DNA of 62,802 nucleotides, filler included. It is 12 parts of 12 records of this genome, joined end to end, with 100 filler letters (N's around TTAATTAATTAA, not from the genome) between each part and the next. Parts side by side here need not be neighbours in the genome. Positions count along the whole stretch, not along the records: positions 1 to 6,280 come from SRR15195285_3509; positions 6,381 to 9,897 come from SRR15195285_3516; 10 more parts are not named here. One strand, 5' to 3'. Below are positions 1 to 9,997 of the stretch, piece after piece; within the stretch, counting starts at the first letter, position 1, and every line of letters begins with the position of its first letter. The notes below the pieces were generated by a model that was not told the origin of the DNA, searched no databases, and saw only the letters and a list, made by a program, of their open reading frames with translations. The translations under genes were made by a program, and so were the position numbers.

Positions 1-766
1 GACACATTTGTTCTTTCATTTTGATTAATTAAATGACATGATCAAAGGTGTGGACGATCAACTGAGCGATGGCCACGGAGAGGCGCGGCGTCGCACGAGA
101 CACCTGGCGTTCGAAAGAGGAGGCACGAGCGGAGCTGACCCGACTGCACAATGCGTGGTTGACCTGCGGGAGCACTGCGCGAAAGAGCGAAGATGATCGA
201 AAGAAAGACGAAAAGTCAAAGTACACATACGCGAGTAGCGCTCGTGAGCAGCGAAAGGGAAGCCTCGCAAAGTTTCGCTGGCATCGGTCTGTAAAGAAGC
301 AAAAGCGAATAGCGATAGTGAGAAGTTTCGCGAAAGAATTTGTGATGTGCGAAAGAAAGACCATGCACAACTGACACCTGCGGAGATCGATGCGCTCGCT
401 GCGTTCATGCATCAGCGGTGGAAGAAGAGAGGCGGGCACAGCTTTCGACGAATTCCTACGAAGAAGCGCTAAGCCGCTAAGAGGCGATGGCGAATGCGGT
501 GCGAAAGTGAAGAGAAGGCAAAGACATCCGTGAAGCAGGATTTAATTTTTTAATGCGAGCACACTCGCCCACGCACACACCTACTCGACATCAAAACGTT
601 CGCGCTCTCCAGTCTACTCGTGACTGTTTGAAAAACTTTAGGCTCCGATGAAAAAGTCTCTTCATCGAACGACTGTAAAGATGAGTGACAAGAGAGGGAG
701 GGAGGGAGAGTGTAAACACCGCGTTCATTGACAGAACTCTACACCCGCCATTGGAGTGCCTCCCAC

Positions 767-2548
767 TCACTCTATCGGGCTGCCGTCGGGGTTCGTTACA
801 TCAACTGCACACGGGCGGCCGTTTGGTGCGGTCCCGAGTCCATATAGCACCCGCTGGCCCGGCAACAAGCGCGGTGAACCGGAAGCCGTGACGATCGCAG
901 ACCCGTGGCAAAAGACGTCAGATGCCGCCGCCTGCGCTTGCCGCCGCAAATCTACAGAATCAATTGCAAGGTTTTTTTGCATAACCTGCCCTTCCTGGTT
1001 GCTGTACTGAACTGTGACAAGGCCATCATTTACTGATATGACTTCGGCCTCCAACCACTCTTGGGCACTCTTCGAGAACACCTCAACCCCACCAGTCTGT
1101 GGCTTGATGAATCCAAAGAACCTGCCGCCCCTCCAAGCAGTGACCTCACCAAAGTACTTGCCTAGAGGCGGTTCCACAGGTGCAGCTGCAGCTGCTGGGG
1201 CTGCAGCTGCTGGGCCAACATCTTCATCAGACTCCGTCTCAAAGTCGCCACTGTAACCTTCGCGGCAGATGCGGAGCGCCTCCGCCAGTGTCTCGACCCT
1301 GTGCCTGGAGACCGAACCGCTTTGCTTGATGAAGTAGAGACACCTCTCTGAAGACGGGTCAGGCCTGACGCACCACTTTGGCGCAGGGGTCGGCGGGCTG
1401 TCCTGCCGGCTGTGCCAGCCGTTTTCTCCGTCTGCACACATGACCTTGATCTCCACGACCCAAACCACCGGCTCACCCGATGGATCTTGCAGTGGCACAC
1501 CGCCCTTCCCGGTGACCTTGATGAATCTGATCTCCTTGTGCCTGTGCTCCTCAAGCTCGTGCGGGCCGACGATCATTCCGCCGACATCGACAGGTCGCAG
1601 GGCCGCGTCGACTGCCGTCCGCAGCTGATCGCAGTCTCGCTGCGTCATGCGATTGCCTCGGACATACCCGTCGTCTGTGATGCCGAAGTACAGAGAGCCT
1701 CCCTGGCCAGAGTTCAGGAAGGCTGTCACGTAGCGCGCAATCCCCTTTGGATCATCGACGGAGTGGAACAGTCTGCCGGTACTGTAGTCCTTGAATTCGT
1801 GCGTGCTGTCTTCGTGGCAGAGCAGGCGCTCGCCGAGTGGAATTCGCGGGTCCTCACTCCCCCCGGCATACTGGCGCGTCTGCTCTTCTTGCATCAGGCG
1901 GCGCTCGTTCAGGAGCATCCGTGGGACAGCGTCTGGCTCGTGCTCGGCGCCCAGCCGGTCTGCCTGGCATAGCACTGAGCGCAGCAGGTCAATCTTGAGG
2001 ACAACGAGCTGCTCACCGTCGATCTGGTCGTGGCAGATCGCTCGCCGCACTGTCTCGGCGATGGTACTGTCCATGTGCAGGGTGCCGACCCAGTCCGCTG
2101 TGTCCCCAACGCTCCAGGAACACATCGGCACCTTGAGAAGTCTCGTGCGGACCTGCTGGGTTAGCTCCGGGCCGAGCTCAACCTGCCTCACAATCAGCGC
2201 ACCAGGACAGTCCCGAGAGTCGTCACACCGGACCTTGATGCGGAAACCGTTGGCCAGGCGATCAAAGCCGGCGATGTTCATGTGACACACGACGGCGAGG
2301 CCGCTGAGAGTGCCTCCCACGAGACGAACCTCGGCGGAGCGCTCGGACTTGCGCTCGACAATTCCAGAGTGCCATGGCTCTTCGGGCGGGACGCCTTCCT
2401 CCACGCCATCAGCCCCGTTGGCGTCGGCAGCTTCGACAAGCACGGCGTCATCGACATGTTCGACGCGATCGTCCTCGGCGTCGAGGCCCTGAGCCATCGC
2501 TTGCCGCATCGCACCGGTGTCGTCTAAGACTGCCTCCAGCTGCTCCAT
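767..2548 (-). CDS. Schlafen/AlbA_2-domain protein with upstream SAM-like and OB-like domains and a C-terminal cold-shock domain (SAMD9-like architecture without NTPase)
   Basis: Intronless ORF, first ATG at 2548 (MEQLEAV). AlbA_2 motifs EDSTHEFK and YVTAFLNSGQGGSLYFGITDDG. SAM-like WSVGDTADWV...IDGEQLVVLKIDLL. CSD motifs FFGFIKP, DVFCHGSAI and AVDVTNPDGSP. Confidence 0.85.
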   Translation of the reverse strand: MEQLEAVLDDTGAMRQAMAQGLDAEDDRVEHVDDAVLVEAADANGADGVEEGVPPEEPWHSGIVERKSERSAEVRLVGGTLSGLAVVCHMNIAGFDRLANGFRIKVRCDDSRDCPGALIVRQVELGPELTQQVRTRLLKVPMCSWSVGDTADWVGTLHMDSTIAETVRRAICHDQIDGEQLVVLKIDLLRSVLCQADRLGAEHEPDAVPRMLLNERRLMQEEQTRQYAGGSEDPRIPLGERLLCHEDSTHEFKDYSTGRLFHSVDDPKGIARYVTAFLNSGQGGSLYFGITDDGYVRGNRMTQRDCDQLRTAVDAALRPVDVGGMIVGPHELEEHRHKEIRFIKVTGKGGVPLQDPSGEPVVWVVEIKVMCADGENGWHSRQDSPPTPAPKWCVRPDPSSERCLYFIKQSGSVSRHRVETLAEALRICREGYSGDFETESDEDVGPAAAAPAAAAAPVEPPLGKYFGEVTAWRGGRFFGFIKPQTGGVEVFSKSAQEWLEAEVISVNDGLVTVQYSNQEGQVMQKNLAIDSVDLRRQAQAAASDVFCHGSAIVTASGSPRLLPGQRVLYGLGTAPNGRPCAVDVTNPDGSPIE

Positions 2549-2791
2549 GGGACTCACTGGTGGAGCGTTCTCTGTGATGCTGCGTAGCTTGCTGGCGTGT
2601 GCGTTGCGTGTGCTGTGTGGGTTGTGTGCGGTTAGCACGACGGCCGTCCTTCGGGCCCGCTGCGTTGCTGGACATCATTCCCGGGCGCCGCGCTGCGATC
2701 CGCGGCTTGCGTCCTCGTCCGCGCGCGCTCCGTCGGAAAGTTGCCGTCATTCCCACTTCCTATACGATACGGTAGTTCCTTCATACCCAGG

Positions 2792-2915
2792 TACTGGTAC
2801 TGTACAGTACCAGTAGGAATTTTCCTACTCAGATTTGGGGAATGCACTCATTTATCATATTGTGATCATGCTCGAGAGCATGAAATCACAGCAGTGTGAA
2901 ATCATGCTCTCGAGC
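2792..2915. promoter_or_regulatory. Palindrome/hairpin cluster in the divergent promoter
   Basis: 24-bp perfect palindrome TACTGGTACTGTACAGTACCAGTA (2792-2815), AGTAGGAA-TT-TTCCTACT (2812-2829), and a 14-bp inverted repeat GCTCGAGAGCATGA / TCATGCTCTCGAGC (2870-2883 / 2902-2915), lying between divergent starts at 2548 and 2976. Confidence 0.6.
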
Positions 2916-2975
2916 CGGGATGGGCAGATTAAGGCACTAGGCTAGCTCTTCGTGCGTGACCCGATTACGGGGTGT

Positions 2976-4862
2976 ATGGAAGCGTCAGGCGCGGCAGCAG
3001 TCGATCTGCAAGCAGCGCTGGCGCAGCCGTGCTTCAATGCGAATTACATTGGCGGACAGTGGGTCGAAGCCAGCTCGGCCGACACTTACGAGACGATCAG
3101 CCCGACGACGGAAACGCCTGTGCACCGCACCTGCCCCGCGAGCACCAGCACTGATGTCGAAGCGGCGGTTGCCGCCGCACGAGACGCTGCCGACGCGGGT
3201 TACGACGAGTGGGGTGGCCTCAGCGCCACAGACCGCGTGCAGTATCTTCTTGCCTTCTCTACAAAACTCGAGGAGCATGCAGCCTTCATTGCGGAGCTTG
3301 AAGCACGCGATGTCGGCAAGCCGGTTGTCGATGCGCACGGCGACATAACGCGTTGCATATCCGAGATCGAAGAGTGCGTTGCCCTAGCGGCACAGCTCGA
3401 CGCAATGCAAGACACGGTGGTCTACCAGAGTGCAGACGTTCTTGGCCAGCGGCGGTGGGATCCGGTCGGAGTAGTCGCCTGCATCACCCCGTGGAATTTC
3501 CCGCTGCTGGTGACGATCATGAAGCTTGCCCCGGCACTAACCGCGGGCAACACAGTTGTCCTAAAGCCCTCTGAATATTCGCCACTCACCACGATGTTTG
3601 CTGCACGGCTGTGCGACGAGGTCGGATTCCCCGCAGGGGTGGTCAATGTGATTTCCGGCACAGGCTCGGCCTGTGGTGCTCCGCTGTCCCAATCGCAAGG
3701 GATAGACATGGTGTCCTTCACAGGCTCGGTCCCGACAGGATCGGCAATCATGGGCGAAGCTGCGAAAAACATCGTCAAACCGCTGCTCGAGCTTGGCGGT
3801 AAAAGTCCATCGATTGTGTTTGATGACGTTGACTTAGACACAGCGTTGCCGTGGGTGATGTCCGGCTTCCTCTCCAACACAGGTGCGATCGGTAGCCATT
3901 TTAGTCTCAAGGTTCACGTATTTAAGAGTTCCTTGATACAACAGGACAGGTGTGTGTCGCCCAGACAAGACTCATTGTGCATGAGAGCCGCAAAAAAGAG
4001 CTGCTCGGCCGCCTCGTTTCAGAGCTGGAGCAAGTCAAGTACGCTACTGATCCATTGGATGTTGACGCCGAGCGGATGGAGAGAGAGCGGCATCGGCCGA
4101 TTGGACCCATCGTCAACCGGTCCCAGTTAGAACTCCGTCCAATGCTGGTGACAAAATGTGAATGATAATCTCGCCGAGAAGCTCCTCTATCGGAACTTCA
4201 CACAACAACTGATTATGCTGGAGCAGGTATGAGAAGGTCCTGGCTTTCATCAAATCCGCCGAGGCTGAAGGTGCGACGCTCGTTACTGGTGGTAGCACGC
4301 GACCAGCTGCGGCAGGGAGTAAAGGTTTTTTCGTTAAGCCGACGGTCTTTGAGGTGGAGCCGAGCCATTCGCTCTGGAAGGACGAAGTGTTCGGGCCGGT
4401 GCTAGGCGTCAAAACTTTCAGGACTGAGGACGAAGCAGTAGCGCTGGCGAATGACAGCACGTACGGCCTCGCAGCGAACGTATTTTCGGCAGACGAGGAC
4501 AGAGCCGACCGGGTTGCATCACGGTTGCGCGCTGGGAAAGTAAGCAACCAGAGAACGCATGCACGATGCGATTGGTCGTTTGTTCTAATCTCGTTGAATT
4601 TTTGCTAACTCTCGCGCGCGCGCTCTCTCTGTCGTGTTTCTTCTGTTGGCATCAGGTTTTCGTCAATCAGTCAACGTTCAACTTTCCAGGGATAACGCAG
4701 CATGGGTACAAGCAGTCCGGTCTAGGCACGGAAGGAGGTTTAGAAGGGCTGCTGGAATACATGGAGGTGAAATCTATTGCAAAGAATGTAGAGCAGAGGA
4801 ACGTGCCGACGAACTTTATGCGAGATGTGCGAGAAGCACTGGCGCCAGTCGCCAGGCTATGA
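2976..4862 (+). CDS. Aldehyde dehydrogenase (betaine/aminoaldehyde dehydrogenase-like), 4 exons, probable peroxisomal
   Basis: Motifs ITPWNFP, LKPSE, FTGS, LELGGKSP, GQVC (after splicing), EVFGPV, YGLAA. GT-AG introns 3883-3944, 4126-4226 and 4540-4655 restore the frame. C-terminus ARL is PTS1-like. Confidence 0.93.
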
Positions 4863-4954
4863 GCGGGCACACTAGATTCATGCACTCGGCACAGGTCAGC
4901 GTGTTTAGCCAAAGGTTGGTGTCTGGCAGCGACGATGCATCCGTGCGAATGTGG
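4859..4954 (+). pseudogene. Isolated single WD40 repeat fragment
   Basis: MSGHTRFMHSAQVSVFSQRLVSGSDDASVRMW matches the GH...LVSGSDD.TVR.W consensus. Its ATG overlaps the ALDH stop codon (ATGA). Confidence 0.55.
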
Positions 4955-5056
4955 CAATGCATTGGTGCTGCCTCCTTTTCTTCCGCCTCACTGCAATTTG
5001 GTAGTGCCTTTTCGCGTACTGCCGCACAAGGACGAACCTTCGCATTGCTTCAGACG

Positions 5057-6259
5057 TCAACCTGCTGCAGAACACCTTAAGCAACGAAGTGTCCCTGATT
5101 CCGTCTCGGGGATGACAAATCCTCCACATAGACCGTTGAGGCACTTTATCTCATCCATCTGTTCCATAATGTCTAGCTCGTCCAAATCGCTCGATGTGCA
5201 GCGGCGACAATTGCACTTAAAGCCATAGTTCGCCCATAGTTCTTCCGCTCGCACTGCAGTCGACTCGGTCGTGCTGGTGTAGCAGATTACCAGCTCCGTG
5301 TCTGCTGCAATATCGCGCAGCGCTCGATACCCAAACGTTGGAGCCCACCATGGACTGCCCTGGTCGGGACAGTTTTGAGGGCGATTGTCAAGGGCAACGT
5401 TCGGGATGCAGCTATGATTGAATAGATGGAATAAGCCAGCGAATAGGCAAACAGCGACGTCACAGCATTGCGGCCCGAACACTCCCATAGCGTTTGCTTG
5501 CTGTCGATCGAGCACGCCCCGGAGTGCCTCCTCACACCATGAATATGAAACGCTGCCGCGAGCAGCAGCGTCGTCGCGCATGCATGCTGCAGCAATAGCT
5601 TCCTTGGCTGCATCCGCGGCGGTCAGACGAGCATCACCATAGCCACGCGGACGGATTGTTCCAGCCGTGTTTGTGAGTAGTGATGTGAGCAAAGCTGTCC
5701 CACTACTTGGCTGTCGCGCCATGAGCTGGATCAGCTGGCGGCAGAGGTCACTCACTGCTGGTGTGAGTTGGTCCAGCGGTGCATGCGATAAGGCCGTACA
5801 CTCCAGGCTAGATCGATGCCACTCAGCGGCACTATCACCAAATCCAATTCCACGGCAAACGAGGCAGAAGCTGACTTTTCCACAGCCCACGCAGAGCTCC
5901 AGAGCCTCTCCCTCTTCTGGCAGCACTGCTCCCCCTGCACCCCCTGCCCCGTCCGAATTTCCACGGAGGCATCCGGCACACACGGATCGGACAGCCTCAT
6001 TGCACGGGGTACACGCGACAGGCTGATCTACGCCTAGCAGCTCCCCACATCGGATGTCGCGCGTTGCGAAGGCTCCGACTCCACAGCCATCGCGGCGAGC
6101 CAGCCGCACAGGTAGTCCTCTCGTCTCAAAATGTGCGTTCACCTGTTCAAGCCACGCCTCATCTCGCATGTCGGCTGGCACTGGTGCGTTGCCGTCAACG
6201 GCTGTGCACGCATCCTGTGGCTTAGGCTCTATCGGCTCGGACTCCGGCGCTGGCTCCAT
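5057..6259 (-). CDS. SET and MYND domain (SMYD-like) lysine methyltransferase
   Basis: GVGAFATRDIRCGE, CxxC MYND-like insert, LFNHSCIPN, ELVICY, post-SET YGFKCNCRRC. Confidence 0.9.
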   Translation of the reverse strand: MEPAPESEPIEPKPQDACTAVDGNAPVPADMRDEAWLEQVNAHFETRGLPVRLARRDGCGVGAFATRDIRCGELLGVDQPVACTPCNEAVRSVCAGCLRGNSDGAGGAGGAVLPEEGEALELCVGCGKVSFCLVCRGIGFGDSAAEWHRSSLECTALSHAPLDQLTPAVSDLCRQLIQLMARQPSSGTALLTSLLTNTAGTIRPRGYGDARLTAADAAKEAIAAACMRDDAAARGSVSYSWCEEALRGVLDRQQANAMGVFGPQCCDVAVCLFAGLFHLFNHSCIPNVALDNRPQNCPDQGSPWWAPTFGYRALRDIAADTELVICYTSTTESTAVRAEELWANYGFKCNCRRCTSSDLDELDIMEQMDEIKCLNGLCGGFVIPETESGTLRCLRCSAAG

Positions 6260-6280
6260 CGGAGATCAATATGGCGTGTG

Positions 6281-6380
6281 NNNNNNNNNNNNNNNNNNNN
6301 NNNNNNNNNNNNNNNNNNNNNNNNTTAATTAATTAANNNNNNNNNNNNNNNNNNNNNNNNNNNNNNNNNNNNNNNNNNNN
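6281..6380. other. Artificial contig spacer (N44-TTAATTAATTAA-N44), first of 11
   Basis: Identical 100-nt spacers with a six-frame stop cassette at 6281-6380, 9898-9997, 18455-18554, 23841-23940, 29434-29533, 33023-33122, 36552-36651, 39905-40004, 46406-46505, 52938-53037, 56945-57044. Adjacency across them has no biological meaning. Confidence 0.99.
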
Positions 6381-6442
6381 TGCGAGGCGTCGTCCCGACT
6401 CGGGCGTCCCATAACCTGCTAGCCTGTTCCTTTCCGTCGACC

Positions 6443-8390
6443 ATGCTGGCGTGTAGCCGTTTGCGGGTCTCGCTGTTTGCCATTCTCGTCACGATGCTGC
6501 AGCAGCCGGTGCAGGCGGGCGGGTCTGCTGGTGGACAGCGTCGTCTTGCGCGGGTCGTGCAGTCGATGCGGGAGGACGCAGTGCCAGATGTGAGCATCAA
6601 TCACTCAGCAAAGGATGTTGCACAGACGGAGAGATGGCAGCTCTTGGGCGGACAGTACGGCGTTGTTGGAGACGGGCCGCGGCAATCGCTCTGCTCGACA
6701 GCGCACAACAGGTGGTCGGTCACCTCCGCTAACGGTTCGGTCGTGGTTTCCGCGACTGTTCCAGGACAGATCCATTTCGATCTTGAGCGAGCTGGCGTGA
6801 TTAACGACACGTACGCACTGAGCAATATCGACGCCAATGCGTGGGTGAGGGCAGACAGCTGGAGCTTCGCGTTGAATTTCACCCTTAGCACAGAGCTAGC
6901 GGCATCCAAAAAGATATGGCTTGTGTTCGACGGTGTCGACACCGCAGCCCGCACCTTCTTGAACGAGCCACCTCTTGCAAACAACTGGTCAGCGTGGGGG
7001 CCGCTGCAGAAGCATGGCAACAGGAATTTTGTGGACCTGCCTGCAGATGTCCCCGGCCTGCGGGCTGATGATATGTACCTTCGCTACGCGTACGACGTCA
7101 GCGATGCGATCAAACGCACGGGCACAAACAGTCTGGTTGTGGAGACTGCTTCAGTTGCGCCACTCGATCTCGGTGCTGGCCGGACGAATCAACCGTACGC
7201 TGGTCATTCTGGCTTTAACACAGGATCGTGGCGTTACGTGCGCAAGGAGCCGTCGCAATTTGGGTGGGATTGGGCACCAGTGGTGGAGACACAAGGCATC
7301 TGGAAGCCGGTCTATTTGGTTGGGGCCACACAGGTCCTCGTGCTAGACACGGTGGCTACAGTCACCTCCGATCCATCGGATCCCCGGATACCGCTGACTG
7401 AGACCACAGCGAAGTGGCGCGTCAAGGTCATCACTCGCGTGAATCTCACTGCTGCCTCATCCGTCAAGTACAATGTCGCTGGAAACTGGAGTGGGTCATC
7501 TGCAGTTTCGCAAGTGGTGAAGCTTCCTGCTGGAGTGTCAATAATCAACGCGACTCTGTACGCGACTGGCGTGCAGCTATGGTGGCCCCACGGCATGGGT
7601 GCGCAACAGCTGTATCACATTAACGTGACAGCGCAGGTTGGAGGTACAACTGCTGTCCAGATCGGTCGCAACATCGGCTTTCGATCCATCAACATTCACG
7701 CGCGCGTCGCTACCAACACCACTCCGCAGCTGCATCAGTATCGTGTGAACGGCGTGCCATTCTTCGCAAAAGGCGCTAATTGGGTACCTCCTGACAGCCT
7801 TCACGCCAAAGTGACAGACGATGCACTTTGCTCCTACATCGAGAGCGCACGAAATGCAAACTACAATTTTCTTAGAGTGTGGGGCGGCGGCAATTTTCCA
7901 GCGAATGCGTTTTTCAACTGTGCTGACAAATATGGCATATTCATCCAACAGGACGGCATCATCTCTGACGCTGTCTACGCAGACACGCCATCTTTCGTAA
8001 GGAAACTTGGGGAGGAGGGACAGTACCAAGCATGGCGACTCGCATCGCATCCAAGCCTATTCATGTGGTCTGGCTCAAATGAGGTCGACCTAACACCTAC
8101 TCAACTCAACGCGTGGTTTGGCAACATTTCCATGATTGATCAGTCTCGGCCACTGTGGCCATCTTGCCCAGCATTCCCATGGCAGTCTGGCGTGGACTCA
8201 GGAGGACTACCCAATGGCCAGGCATTTGTGAAGAGCCGAAATCAGTCCAGTAAAGGACCAGGTGAAATGCACTCATACTGGTTTGAGTATTGCGAGCAGG
8301 CTGTAGCTGGTGAAGGAACAGGCTGCCGCAAAGCTCCGTGTGGCTGCGAGATTGGCGGTTACACTTGCCAAGACGATGCGTTTTACAGTT
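6443..8390 (+). CDS. Secreted GH2 beta-mannosidase-like protein, apparently 3'-truncated
   Basis: Signal peptide. Motifs ATVPG, LVFDGVDT, FGWDWAP..GIWKPV, NGVPFFAKGANWVP, LRVWGGG, HPSLFMWSGSNE. Similarity is lost after DDAFYS (~8390), and the ORF runs on through repeat-rich DNA to 8713. Confidence 0.85.
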
Positions 8391-8780
8391 CAGAGGGGTG
8401 CCCTTTGGAGGTACCGGCAGTACCTGCCGGCTGGGTGACTTTTCCAGGCAAAAACCCGTACTGGGCGGCTCGGAAAAACTCAATTTCGGAAATGAATGTA
8501 CCCGGGTACCAACTTGTAAATTCTACCGGTATTTGCACCCCCTCCCCCCCCCGCGGGTACTCGAGTACTCGATGTACTGAGTGCCCGGACCCGGCACGAG
8601 TCCCGCCGGTGGGCACCTGTGCCAGGTCCGGGCATCGGGCACAGGCATCGCGCTCCGTGTGTGCCCGGACCCGGCACGCGGGCACAGGAGCACCGCATTC
8701 CGGCCGAGGGTGACCAGTCGGCACCGGCGATTCGGCGGCGCGCGGCCGTTGACGAGAAACTCCAGGGTACGTGGGTTGTG
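8391..8780. mobile_element. Repeat-structured segment resembling a transposon subterminal region (or a chimeric join)
   Basis: 18-bp direct repeat GTGCCCGGACCCGGCACG at 8581-8598 and 8661-8678, an inverted near-copy at 8619-8634, hairpin CCGGCAG-TAC-CTGCCGG at 8414-8430, and an abrupt compositional shift inside the GH2 ORF. Confidence 0.4.
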
Positions 8781-8909
8781 TCACAGGAGCGGGGTTGAGG
8801 ACCAGGGCTGCACAGGAGCTGTTGGGCCCGCGGGATCCGCAGAACTCACCGCCAACGGCGCAGAGCGGGGCGACGCAGAGCGCGGAAGGCTGAGCAGCTA
8901 GGTGAGGGG

Positions 8910-9897
8910 GTGGCGGAGCAGCGGCTGTGGGCGGAGCGGAAGGAGAGTGGGACGCGCGAGGAGGGAGCGATGGGGGCTTTCGACCTGGTGGGTGGCGTCC
9001 CTATCGCCACGGCGGCCAGCCCAGAGCAGGGGGGCAGCAAGCGTGGCGTGGAGGAGGCGGGGCTGGATGGAGCCTCCGGCAGCCCCGACCGCGAGGCCAA
9101 GGTCGCCACTAAGGAGGTCCTCAACGACCCACTCAAGAAGACACTTGACCACTGGGCGGGCATGGACCCCACGTACCAGGACATGCCAGCGCTGGGCTTC
9201 ATCCTCGGTGGCCATTTGAAGGTGTGCTCTGCCTCTGCCTCTGCTCACCTCGCTGCCTGCACCGTGGCACCAGCAGCGGTCTGTGCCAGGGGCGCTGTCC
9301 GCGCTCACCCCCCCTCTGCGCCTGGTGCCCGGCTGCAGGGGCTGGGCAAGAACGGGTTCGGAGCCATCGTCAACATCCTCAAGAACCAGGGCTGGCTGGC
9401 CACCCTCAAGAAGAGGATCATCCCGGACGGTGCCGGCCTGCCGCTGATGGGGCCGCTGCTCAAAGAGCACTGGGCCATCGGGGCGCAGCCTGGGACGCCG
9501 GCCAGGGCGCACTACTCCATCTGCAAGGAGGAGCCAGAGCATGACTACGACGCCGACGCCATCATCAACCCGAGCAAACAGGACGAGGTGGTTCACCTCG
9601 TGGTGGTCATCACGGCCGTGGCGCACGAGGCCTACACGGCGGCCGACGTGCACGGCAAAATGGATTTCTACCCGCCGATGGCGACGTCGAAGTCCGACAC
9701 CAACTTCTCGCTCCTCAAGAAGGTGAGCGTTTTGCAGACGCACATGGACAGGGCCACCGCCGGCGAAGACTGGGAGTTTGGCGACTACCTGCTGCGCCGA
9801 TGCTACGGTGCGTCCTTACCCTTTCCCTTGCAGTGTGCTTCATCGCTCGCGCGACGTGTGCCTGAGCCCGGCGTGTGTGTGTGTGTGTGTGTGTGTG
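8910..9897 (+). CDS. Hypothetical protein (3'-truncated, very GC-rich codons, possibly element-encoded)
   Basis: Long ORF with strong GC3 bias and a probable in-frame GT-AG intron at 9222-9338 with a CTCAC branch site. No family recognised. Contig ends in a (GT)n tract. Confidence 0.5.
9873..9897. repeat. (GT)n microsatellite at contig end
   Basis: About 12 GT units. Confidence 0.9.
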
Positions 9898-9997
9898 NNN
9901 NNNNNNNNNNNNNNNNNNNNNNNNNNNNNNNNNNNNNNNNNTTAATTAATTAANNNNNNNNNNNNNNNNNNNNNNNNNNNNNNNNNNNNNNNNNNNN

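Noticed and set aside
1-680. Short ORFs (69-374 and overlapping antisense ORFs) in purine-rich DNA
   Set aside because: No recognisable motif. The composition is odd and may be an element remnant, but nothing supports a call.
3883-4655. Non-canonical introns or introner elements
   Set aside because: All introns I resolved are GT-AG with ordinary branch sites, and I saw no sequence shared between them.
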